This document shows positions 8,141-14,953 of a stretch of 14,953 nt of DNA, piece after piece. Source of the stretch: Candidatus Micrarchaeia archaeon (GTDB lineage Archaea > Micrarchaeota > Micrarchaeia > CAILAH01). How positions within the stretch are numbered: position 1 is the stretch's first letter; the number at the start of each line of letters is the position of its first letter. The notes beneath the pieces are model-generated. The model saw nothing but the letters and a program-made list of their open reading frames with translations. It was not told where the DNA came from and did no database searches. Where the stretch lies: positions 1 through 14,953 of the forward strand of contig JAVYLZ010000014.1 of NCBI GenBank assembly GCA_038740245.1. Reading direction: 5' to 3'. Position numbers and translations under genes: made by a program.

Positions 8141-8170
8141 CGCTACGTTAAGGATTGTATTGTATTAAAA
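8141..8170 (-). promoter_or_regulatory. Putative leaderless promoter of the methylthiotransferase gene
   Basis: TTTTAATA at -30..-23 and CCTTAA at -13..-8 from ATG 8140. Confidence 0.55.
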
Positions 8171-8184
8171 GCCTGCTGCCGGCC

Positions 8185-8214
8185 AAAAAATAAAGCTGAA
8201 AACAGAAAAAAGAA
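8185..8214 (-). terminator. Oligo(T) archaeal-type terminator after the thioredoxin-fold gene
   Basis: Minus strand shows T6, T4 and T6 tracts beginning a few bases after the TGA (A runs at 8206..8211, 8199..8202 and 8185..8190 on the plus strand). Confidence 0.6.
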
Positions 8215-8218
8215 CGGC

Positions 8219-9223
8219 TCAGCACGAGCCGGAAGCTGTTGTGCCCGAGGATGTTGAGAGTGTAGTGTTACACTCGGCAGGCACGGTGTTGAACCCACCG
8301 CACACCCACTCCTTATAGGCCTCTGCAACAAACGGCTTGCCGCTGTATTTCTTGCCGTTCATAAGCAGTGTGGGTGACGCGGTCACGCCTGCCTGCTCTG
8401 TCTTTGCAACCTCGGCATCAGCAATTGCGTTGAAATTGGCTGCATACTCCGCCTCAACATCCTCCACGCTTATCCCTTGCCTCTCGGCAGCCTCTTTCCA
8501 GCAGGTCTCAATGTTGCCGAGCGTGCAGTTCTTGTTTGTGTCATACACGAAATCCGCCCACTTGGCCGCACCATACTTGCTGAACACAATTTTCTCACGG
8601 ATGTCCTGGTTGAGCTCTGCAGTGCCGTGTAGCGAGCGGTAGTTGCCGCCCGAGCCCGAGATTATGTACACGGGCTCAAAGTCAATCTTGTCTCCCATAA
8701 GCTCTATGACCTCAACAAACGCATTCTCCGCAAGGTTGCCGTACGGGCAGTAGCTCATCACGTAAAGCCTCACTGACGGCTTGTCGCTCTTTTCAGCTGG
8801 CTCAAGCTCCTTCTCAAGCTCCTTTATTGCGGCATCAACCTCGCTTTTAACATCAGAGATTTTTGCGGGCGCCTGCATAACGTATGCGTAATCCTTGGTT
8901 ATGTACACGCTCTGCGGGTACACGCCGTCAATCACGTAGTTGAGCTCCACAAATGAGCCCCTGTCGGTGTAATTCTCAAGCTTGAGCGTGTGCTTTGAGC
9001 CGCTCTGCAGGTAAATGATATCCTCAAATATCTTCTGCACCTCTGCAGCCTTTGCCTGGTCCAGAGTGAACTCCCCGCCCATCGCGCACGCCACGGCCTG
9101 CCCCTCGGCAGGCGCAGGGCCGTTAAATGCAGGGTACGCAAGATACCCCAGCCCCAGCCCCAGCAGGACAGCAATCACAGCCATTGCAAGAGTAGTCGGG
9201 CTTATGTCAATATCATTTCCCAT
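8219..9223 (-). CDS. Membrane-anchored thioredoxin-fold (DsbA/GILT-like) protein with single-Cys CPYG motif
   Basis: 334 aa. N-terminal TM (LAMAVIAVLLGLGLGYLAY); KPSVRLYVMSYCPYG at the thioredoxin active-site position; SLHGTAEL; cis-Pro loop GVTASPTLLMNG; C-terminal C...PAEC...GSC. Confidence 0.8.
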   Translation of the reverse strand: MGNDIDISPTTLAMAVIAVLLGLGLGYLAYPAFNGPAPAEGQAVACAMGGEFTLDQAKAAEVQKIFEDIIYLQSGSKHTLKLENYTDRGSFVELNYVIDGVYPQSVYITKDYAYVMQAPAKISDVKSEVDAAIKELEKELEPAEKSDKPSVRLYVMSYCPYGNLAENAFVEVIELMGDKIDFEPVYIISGSGGNYRSLHGTAELNQDIREKIVFSKYGAAKWADFVYDTNKNCTLGNIETCWKEAAERQGISVEDVEAEYAANFNAIADAEVAKTEQAGVTASPTLLMNGKKYSGKPFVAEAYKEWVCGGFNTVPAECNTTLSTSSGTTASGSC

Positions 9224-9253
9224 GTTATCACGCGAGGATTTAGGGCCCTCTAC

Positions 9254-9286
9254 TATTAAAATACTTTCCCCCCGCCTAACTCTTAC
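9254..9286. promoter_or_regulatory. Shared divergent TATA element (thioredoxin-fold gene / lhr)
   Basis: TATTAAAATA at 9254..9263 is the only strongly AT-rich block in the 63-bp gap. It is -32..-24 from GTG 9287, with GCCTAA at -13..-8. On the minus strand it reads TTTTAATA, followed by CCCTAA upstream of ATG 9223. Confidence 0.6.
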
Positions 9287-11818
9287 GTGCTTCCGGAAGG
9301 GATAAGCTCACTTTTCAAGGCCAGGTTCGGCTCGCCCACACCCATTCAGGAGAAGGCGTTCCCCGTAATCTCAGCCGGCGGTGATGCGCTGGTGATTGCC
9401 CCCACCGGCTCAGGCAAGACCGAGGCCGTGCTTCTCCCCATGCTTGCCAAAATGCATTCATCAGGTGCCGAGCCGATAGCCCTCCTGTACATAACACCTC
9501 TGCGCTCACTCAACCGCGACCTTGTGGAAAGGGTGCGCTCATGGGCAAAGGAGCTTGGCCTGCGCGTCTCCGTGCGGCACGGGGACACCACACATACGGA
9601 GCGCTCGTTCCAGTCAAGGCATCCCGCGCACATATTCATAACCACTCCCGAAACACTGCAAGTGATGCTGTGCAGCCGCAGCTTCCGCGCGCATTTCAGG
9701 AACCTGCGCCACGTTGTGATTGACGAGCTGCACGAGCTTGTCTCCGGCAAGCGCGGCGCACAATTATCTCTTGGCATAACCCGCTTGCGTGCAATTGCGG
9801 ATTTCCAGACGGTTGCTGTGAGCGCCACGCTGGCGTCACCCGAGCGTGCGGGTGCGCTCTTCCTTAAGGAAGGGTTCAGGGTGGTGCGCGACACTATTGC
9901 GAGGCCGCCGCACATAACGGTTGAGGTGGCAAGGGGCAAGACCGAAGCCGAGCGGCTTGATTTTATGTGCGCGGAGATACGCAAAAGCGCCGAAGAGGCG
10001 AAAACGCTGGTGTTCACGAACACGCGCTATATGGCCGAGCTTGTCGCATCCCGCCTCATTGCCGATAAGCTTGAGGCGGGCGTCCACCACGGCTCTCTCA
10101 GCAAGGAGGAGCGCGAGAGTGTTGAGGAGCGTTTCAAGAAGGGTGAAATAAGGTGCCTTGTGTGCACCTCATCGCTTGAGCTCGGCATAGACATAGGTGA
10201 TGTTGAGAGGGTGGTGCACATCGGCTCGCCCAAGCAGGTGCGCAAGGCATTGCAGAGGATAGGCCGCAGCGGGCACGGCCACGGCAGGCAGGCACGGGGC
10301 CTTATAATCGCGCATAACCGGTTTGACCTGTGCGAAGCTGAAGTGATTGCGGAAATGGCGCGCCGCGGTGAGCTTGAGCCGGACGATATAATTTATCCGT
10401 GCACGGATGTGCTTTTGCATGCGGTTGCAGGCGAGCTCGTATCAAACGGCAGGATGGGGATGGATGCGGTATACGCGCTATGCTCGCAAAACCCGCTGTA
10501 TTCGCAGCTTGGCGGGGAAAGGGTGCTGGCGGCTGTTGCAGAGGGGCACAGGAACGGCGTGCTGTTTTTTGACGGAAGTAGCGTGCGCCCGACCGGCAGG
10601 ACGCACAGCTATTACTTCACGAGGGTCAGCACCATCCCTTCCAGCCAGAAATATAAGATGGAGTCGCATGGTAGGGCGATCGGCTTCCTGGACGAGCGGT
10701 TCGTTGCCTCGCTCAGCGAGGGTGACGTTTTCATAACCCGTGGGGTGCCGTGGTCTGTGCTTAGCATTGAGGAGGGCCGCGTTGTGGTTGAGAAGTCACC
10801 CGCGTACACATTGGCAATACCAGAGTGGGAAGGCGAGCAGATACCCGTGCGCCGGGAGATTGCGGAGCGCGTGCGCAACGCAATGGGCATGGGCGGGAAA
10901 GTGCTTGTGCACAAATTTGCGGATATGCTCATCATCTACTCTTTTTTGGGCAGTGCGGCAAACAATGCGCTCGCGCTTGCGCTTGCATCGCGCATCTCGG
11001 CATACTTCTCCGCGGAGGTAAATGTTAAGTCGTCGCCGTATGCGGTTTTCATAAAGTCGCCATACCCAATTTCACACGATCTCCTGTTTCAGGTAACAAG
11101 AGGCATGAGCGTCGGCAACGAGATAAATTCCTCGCTTGCAAAGAATACCGCATTTTCATATGCTTTCTCACAGGAGGCGTTTTATTTCGGGATGTCCGAT
11201 GAGCAGAGGAGGTACCCCCCATTCTACATATCACGGCTTTCGGCAAGCGAGGTGTATCTTGAGGCACAGAGGCATTTCATGTACCGCTATTGCGACGTTG
11301 AGTCCGCACAGCAGTTTGTAGACAAGTGGCTTTCAGAAAGGGGGAGGGCCGAGTTCCAGGAGCTTGCGGTTCTGCCTCCGCTTGCATCAGACGTGCTTGA
11401 CCATATGTCCGGCTCACAGGTATTGTTCCCAGGCATTCCTGAAAGTGCGGCACTGTCGCTGCTTGACCGTGCCCCCTCTTCATTTGCCCTCATATGCGTC
11501 AATTGCGGGCACAAGTTTTACGGTCAGTTCAGCAGCCCGCCAACCAAATGCCCCAAATGCACCAGTGTATTGCTTGCACCTGTAATGCAGAACGAGCGTA
11601 AGGAAATCAGACGAGATGAGCTTATGCGCCGCGCATCCCTGTATACTTCATACGGCAAGCGTGCGGTAATCGCACTTTCAACTTACGGTGTGGGCACCGA
11701 CACCGCCTCGCGCATACTTGCGAGGATGCACGCGGATGAGAAGCTGCTTGCGCTTGACCTGCTCAAGGCCCGCGAGAACTTCATACGCACCAAGAAATAC
11801 TGGTCACCGAGCAAATAG
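9287..11818 (+). CDS. lhr: Lhr-family SF2 helicase (archaeal type with C-terminal Cys4 motif)
   Basis: 843 aa, GTG start. Q motif PTPIQ, APTGSGKTEA, YITPLRSLNRD, VRHGDT, ITTPETL, DELH, SAT, HHGSLS, CTSSLELGIDIG, QRIGRSGH, STIP, IPEWEGE, CVNC...CPKC, and C-terminal YGVGTDTASRIL...RTKKYW. Confidence 0.95.
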   Translation: MLPEGISSLFKARFGSPTPIQEKAFPVISAGGDALVIAPTGSGKTEAVLLPMLAKMHSSGAEPIALLYITPLRSLNRDLVERVRSWAKELGLRVSVRHGDTTHTERSFQSRHPAHIFITTPETLQVMLCSRSFRAHFRNLRHVVIDELHELVSGKRGAQLSLGITRLRAIADFQTVAVSATLASPERAGALFLKEGFRVVRDTIARPPHITVEVARGKTEAERLDFMCAEIRKSAEEAKTLVFTNTRYMAELVASRLIADKLEAGVHHGSLSKEERESVEERFKKGEIRCLVCTSSLELGIDIGDVERVVHIGSPKQVRKALQRIGRSGHGHGRQARGLIIAHNRFDLCEAEVIAEMARRGELEPDDIIYPCTDVLLHAVAGELVSNGRMGMDAVYALCSQNPLYSQLGGERVLAAVAEGHRNGVLFFDGSSVRPTGRTHSYYFTRVSTIPSSQKYKMESHGRAIGFLDERFVASLSEGDVFITRGVPWSVLSIEEGRVVVEKSPAYTLAIPEWEGEQIPVRREIAERVRNAMGMGGKVLVHKFADMLIIYSFLGSAANNALALALASRISAYFSAEVNVKSSPYAVFIKSPYPISHDLLFQVTRGMSVGNEINSSLAKNTAFSYAFSQEAFYFGMSDEQRRYPPFYISRLSASEVYLEAQRHFMYRYCDVESAQQFVDKWLSERGRAEFQELAVLPPLASDVLDHMSGSQVLFPGIPESAALSLLDRAPSSFALICVNCGHKFYGQFSSPPTKCPKCTSVLLAPVMQNERKEIRRDELMRRASLYTSYGKRAVIALSTYGVGTDTASRILARMHADEKLLALDLLKARENFIRTKKYWSPSK

Positions 11819-11875
11819 TGCCCGGCGCTTTTTATGCAGTATGTGCGCTTCAAGAGCCAGAGCCCCGTATTGAGC

Positions 11876-11903
11876 ATTAAAATATTCCTTGCCTAATTCC
11901 TGC
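11876..11903 (+). promoter_or_regulatory. Putative leaderless promoter of rfcL
   Basis: ATTAAAATA at -28..-20 and GCCTAA at -13..-8 from ATG 11904; closely resembles the lhr upstream region. Confidence 0.55.
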
Positions 11904-13064
11904 ATGCACCTTTACCAGAAGCACTCGCCGTCCAGCCTTGGGGAGCTTGCAGGCAACCCGCAGGCGGTTGAGGAGGTGAAGAAGTGGGCGCTGCTTTTTG
12001 AGTCCGGCAAGCCGCAGAAGCCGCTTCTGGTCTATGGCCCGCCAGGCATAGGCAAGACCGCGCTTGCATACGCGCTTGCAAAGGAGATGGGCTGGGAGAT
12101 ACTTGAATTCAATGCGTCCGACACGCGCAACAAGTCTGAGGTGGAGCGGGTGATGGGCGCGGCAAGCGGCTCGGCGGGCCTGTTCTCAAGGCACAGGCTC
12201 ATACTTATTGACGAGGTTGACGGCCTGCAGGGCACGGCCGACCGCGGCGGCGCATCCGCAATCGCCGAGATAGCAAAGAATGCGCGGCAGCCGCTTATGC
12301 TCATAGCGAATGATGGTTGGGACAGGAAGCTCGCGCCGCTCAGGCAGCACTGCAAGTTCATAGAGATGAAGAAGGTCAACAAGCGCACGGTTGAGTCCGT
12401 TATCGCACGGATAGCGCGTGAGGAGCGGCTGGAGCTGGGCGACGGTGATGCGGGCCGCATTGCCGATGACAGTGACGGGGACCTGCGCTCCGCGATAATT
12501 GACCTGCAGGCGCGCATACCCGGCTCGCAGCGCGACAGGGACAGGCTGATATTTGAGTGCGTGCGCCAGATGTTCAAGGCCCAGAGCTATGCGGATGCAG
12601 CGGGCTCATTCAATGGGACAACGCTGGACCACGACACGGTCAAGCTGTGGGTTGAGCAGAACATAGCGCTTGAGTATGAGCGGCCGGAGGAGATTGCGCG
12701 GGCGTATGATTTCCTGTCGCGGGCGGATGTTTTTGATGGCCGGATAAGCCGGCGGCAGGCCTGGAAGCTGCTGAAGTACAGCACCGTGCTCATGCTTGCC
12801 GGCGTGTCGCTTTCAAAGAGGGCGAAGTACCACAAGTTCGTGAAGTACGAGTTTCCCTCATTCCTGAGGTCAATGTCAACGAGCTCTGAAAAGCGCGCGG
12901 TGCGCAAGTCCACGCTCAGGAAGATAATGCGCAAGTGCCACGTGTCGCTGGCCTGCGCGCAGGAATACCTCCCGCTCATAGCGGCCGCCGAGAAAAAGGG
13001 GCACTCACTCGCCCAATTTTTTGAGCTTGATGAGGATGAGCTTGCGTTTGCAGTGCGGGCATAG
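11904..13064 (+). CDS. rfcL: Replication factor C large subunit
   Basis: 386 aa from ATG 11904 (track start is TTG 11889). QKHSP (EKYRP-like), Walker A GPPGIGKT, LEFNASDTR, ILIDEVDG, DRGG, LIAND, GDLRSAIIDLQ, WVEQN, AYDFLSRADVF, WKLLKY. Confidence 0.95.
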   Translation: MHLYQKHSPSSLGELAGNPQAVEEVKKWALLFESGKPQKPLLVYGPPGIGKTALAYALAKEMGWEILEFNASDTRNKSEVERVMGAASGSAGLFSRHRLILIDEVDGLQGTADRGGASAIAEIAKNARQPLMLIANDGWDRKLAPLRQHCKFIEMKKVNKRTVESVIARIAREERLELGDGDAGRIADDSDGDLRSAIIDLQARIPGSQRDRDRLIFECVRQMFKAQSYADAAGSFNGTTLDHDTVKLWVEQNIALEYERPEEIARAYDFLSRADVFDGRISRRQAWKLLKYSTVLMLAGVSLSKRAKYHKFVKYEFPSFLRSMSTSSEKRAVRKSTLRKIMRKCHVSLACAQEYLPLIAAAEKKGHSLAQFFELDEDELAFAVRA

Positions 13065-13197
13065 GTATTGCATGGGAGGGCCATGCAGGCAGGGATCGGC
13101 AAGGTGCATATGATGCTGCATAGGATGCGCAGCCAGCACCCGTGCACATCGCCGGAGATGCGTTGCGCCGGCCACGCCGGCCAGTAGAGGGATTGAT

Positions 13198-13587
13198 ATG
13201 CGCAGGATAGCTGCCGATGCAGTAATAGTGCAGAAGGGGAGCATTCTCTTGGTCAGGCGGAAGAATGCGCCGTTCAAGGGCAGGCTCGCGCTTCCTGGCG
13301 GGATGCTTGCGGAGGGCGAGGCGCTTGAGCAGTGCGTGGTGCGCGAGGTGCGCGAGGAGACCGGCCTTATAGTGAAGCCTATCCGGCTGGTAGGCGTATA
13401 TTCAAGCCCCAAGAGGGACCCGCGCGGCACGGTCTCGGCCGCGTTTAAGTGCAGGGTAACCGGCGGCAGGCTTGCCGCCGGCAGTGATGCGTCATCAGCA
13501 CAATGGGTGCCTCTGTGCCGCCTGCCTGCGCTTGCATTTGACCACACAAAAATCGTAAGGGACTCGCTGAAGAGGGGAAAACAATGA
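13198..13587 (+). CDS. Nudix hydrolase (ADP-ribose pyrophosphatase-like)
   Basis: Complete Nudix box GGMLAEGEALEQCVVREVREETGL, plus RDPRG, AGSDA and LAFDH motifs. Confidence 0.93.
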   Translation: MRRIAADAVIVQKGSILLVRRKNAPFKGRLALPGGMLAEGEALEQCVVREVREETGLIVKPIRLVGVYSSPKRDPRGTVSAAFKCRVTGGRLAAGSDASSAQWVPLCRLPALAFDHTKIVRDSLKRGKQ

Positions 13588-14953
13588 ATTTGGTCCGGAT
13601 GATTACGGCAATCGCCCTGCTTTCCTGCCTGCTTTATGCCGGCGGGGATGCAGTGTTCAGCCCAATGCAGGTTGAATCGCTCTCGGCAGTGCTCGTGAAC
13701 GAGGGCATTGTGTCCGCAACCTCTGGCGAGATATACGATATTGAGCTCAACATCTCAGTGCCGCAGGAGACCGCATACCAGCGCGTGCGCATTGAGCCGC
13801 CCCCCGGCTCACGGGTTTCCGATGACGGCCGCAGCAAGGTGCTCATAGTCGCCAGCGGCCCCTCAAAGGTGAAGTCATTCCCCTATAGGATTGTCTCATA
13901 CACAAACACAACCGCCCGCTACGTTAAGTCGCTCCCGGCTGCATATTCGGCCGGCAGCGAGTACGCGCCGTATATGCGCGAAAGCGCGCACGTTGTGTTC
14001 TCAGATGATATTGAAAAGCAGGCGCGGGGCATAACGCAGTATTACACACAGGACATTGACAAGGTCGCGGCGCTCGCAATCTGGGTAAACAGGCATATGC
14101 GGTATGACCTGTCGCTTGTGGGCGGGAACCGCACATCCATAGACTCATATGAGCGCAAGGAAGGGGTATGCGTGGACTACACCAACCTGTTCCTCGCAAT
14201 GTCGCGCTCGCTCGGCTATCCCTCCCGCTCGGTGCTCGGCTATGTGTATTCCCCCGAGTACGGGTGGCAGCTGCACTCGTGGGCGGAGGTCTACATAGGC
14301 GAATGGGTGGGCGTGGACCCGACGTGGCTTGAGGTCGGGTACATTGACGCGACCCACATACCGATGTATTTCGGTGAGGACACGGAGTACATTGAGTACG
14401 CCAACGCGCACGTGACAGACAGCAATGCAGAGATATTATGGCAGGGGCGGGGCTCGCTGGGCCAGTCAACCGAAGGCATAAGCATAGACAAGTTCACGAC
14501 ATCAACGCTGCCGTACGAGGCGGTGTCCCTGCCGGGCAACCTCTCAATCGGCAGCAATGCGGCAATCGTCCTCAGCGTCACCAGCCCGGACTACCGCATA
14601 TTCACGATGGCAATCGCCCCGTGCACGGGGAGCCCGGAGATTGCACTGTTTGATGAGAAATCCGTGACGCAGTTCCTGCACCCGGGGATGAACAACATAG
14701 TCGTCCCGTTCTCAGTTTCAGGGAGCCTCAGCGACGGCTACACATACACGTGCCCCATCGTGCTTTCCCACAGCTTTGGCACTGATACGGTCACCGTGAA
14801 TGTGACACCTGGCCCGCTCAGGCCGCCGGTATACGCACAGCTCGCCTCGCTTAACTCAACAGAGGCGGTTGTCCGCATTGCCTCAACCTCAGGAGGCGAG
14901 GTTATGGTAATAGAGGACCACGCAATGAGCGGGATTACAATGCCCCCCTCGTT
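13584..14953 (+). CDS. Exported transglutaminase-like (cysteine protease fold) protein; partial, runs off the right edge
   Basis: Manual translation: ATG 13584 overlaps the Nudix stop (ATGA). MNLVRMITAIALLSCLLYA signal peptide; WVNRHMRYD...EGVCVDYTNLFLAMSRSLGYPSRSVLGY...HSWAEVYIGEWVGVDPTW...IDATHI. Cys (14169), His (14274) and Asp (14316) triad intact. Open to the window end (456 codons). Not in the ORF track. Confidence 0.92.
   Translation, partial: MNLVRMITAIALLSCLLYAGGDAVFSPMQVESLSAVLVNEGIVSATSGEIYDIELNISVPQETAYQRVRIEPPPGSRVSDDGRSKVLIVASGPSKVKSFPYRIVSYTNTTARYVKSLPAAYSAGSEYAPYMRESAHVVFSDDIEKQARGITQYYTQDIDKVAALAIWVNRHMRYDLSLVGGNRTSIDSYERKEGVCVDYTNLFLAMSRSLGYPSRSVLGYVYSPEYGWQLHSWAEVYIGEWVGVDPTWLEVGYIDATHIPMYFGEDTEYIEYANAHVTDSNAEILWQGRGSLGQSTEGISIDKFTTSTLPYEAVSLPGNLSIGSNAAIVLSVTSPDYRIFTMAIAPCTGSPEIALFDEKSVTQFLHPGMNNIVVPFSVSGSLSDGYTYTCPIVLSHSFGTDTVTVNVTPGPLRPPVYAQLASLNSTEAVVRIASTSGGEVMVIEDHAMSGITMPPS

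Noticed and set aside
8154..8166. ATTGT repeat (ATTGTATTGTATT) in the mtaB promoter
   Set aside because: Short, low complexity and partly the TATA box itself; not enough to call an operator.
9146..9164. (CCCCAG)3 tandem repeat
   Set aside because: It encodes LGLGLG in the transmembrane helix of the thioredoxin-fold protein; an ordinary coding repeat.
343..13064. Inteins in aIF5B, RFC subunits or Lhr, which are common archaeal intein hosts
   Set aside because: Lengths are normal or short, motifs are contiguous around the P-loops, and no intein or LAGLIDADG signatures are visible.
13062..13187. TAG readthrough of rfcL (recoding or pyrrolysine) adding about 40 aa
   Set aside because: The extension VLHGRAMQAGIGKVHMMLHRMRSQHPCTSPEMRCAGHAGQ has no PIP box or charged linker, and TAG ends lhr and mtaB at their expected C-termini, so the standard code fits.
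17..14653. Numerous alternative-frame and antisense ORFs in the track (e.g. 17..310, 207..902, 9346..10023, 12587..13147, 13005..13547, 13924..14469)
   Set aside because: They overlap well-supported genes, are Ser/Arg/Ala-rich shadows typical of GC-rich coding DNA, and carry no recognisable motifs.
1..14953. CRISPR array, tRNA/rRNA, transposase, integrase or known defence system (Lhr can occur in defence islands)
   Set aside because: Intergenic gaps are at most 133 bp with no repeat-spacer pattern or cloverleaf, no mobile-element or nuclease genes are present, and this Lhr is the housekeeping archaeal type in a core-gene context.

Overview
Gene-dense archaeal chromosomal segment with no mobile element, CRISPR array or RNA gene that I can support. 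Housekeeping genes: aIF5B/IF-2, both replication factor C subunits (rfcS and rfcL, separated and on opposite strands), an archaeal MiaB-like (MtaB-type) tRNA methylthiotransferase, an Lhr-family helicase with a C-terminal Cys4 motif, and a Nudix hydrolase. These are interleaved with five predicted exported or membrane-anchored proteins: an NHL beta-propeller on a helical stalk, two putative lipoproteins, a thioredoxin-fold protein with a single-Cys CPYG motif, and a transglutaminase-like protein. Two real genes are missing from the ORF track because they run off the edges (1..291 minus; 13584..14953 plus). Gene content and compactness suggest a DPANN archaeon, possibly Micrarchaeota-like (inference). 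Most notable observations: (i) a shared leaderless promoter layout, TATA plus an SCYTAA hexamer at exactly -13..-8; (ii) an 11-codon ORF that exactly bridges aIF5B and the next gene and starts with the same MPII as aIF5B; (iii) strong depletion of GATC, TCGA and CTAG; (iv) an RFC large subunit lacking the usual PIP-box tail; (v) a set of uncharacterised Cys-rich surface proteins. I cannot demonstrate a self-contained novel system; the surface-protein set and the bridge ORF are the best leads.
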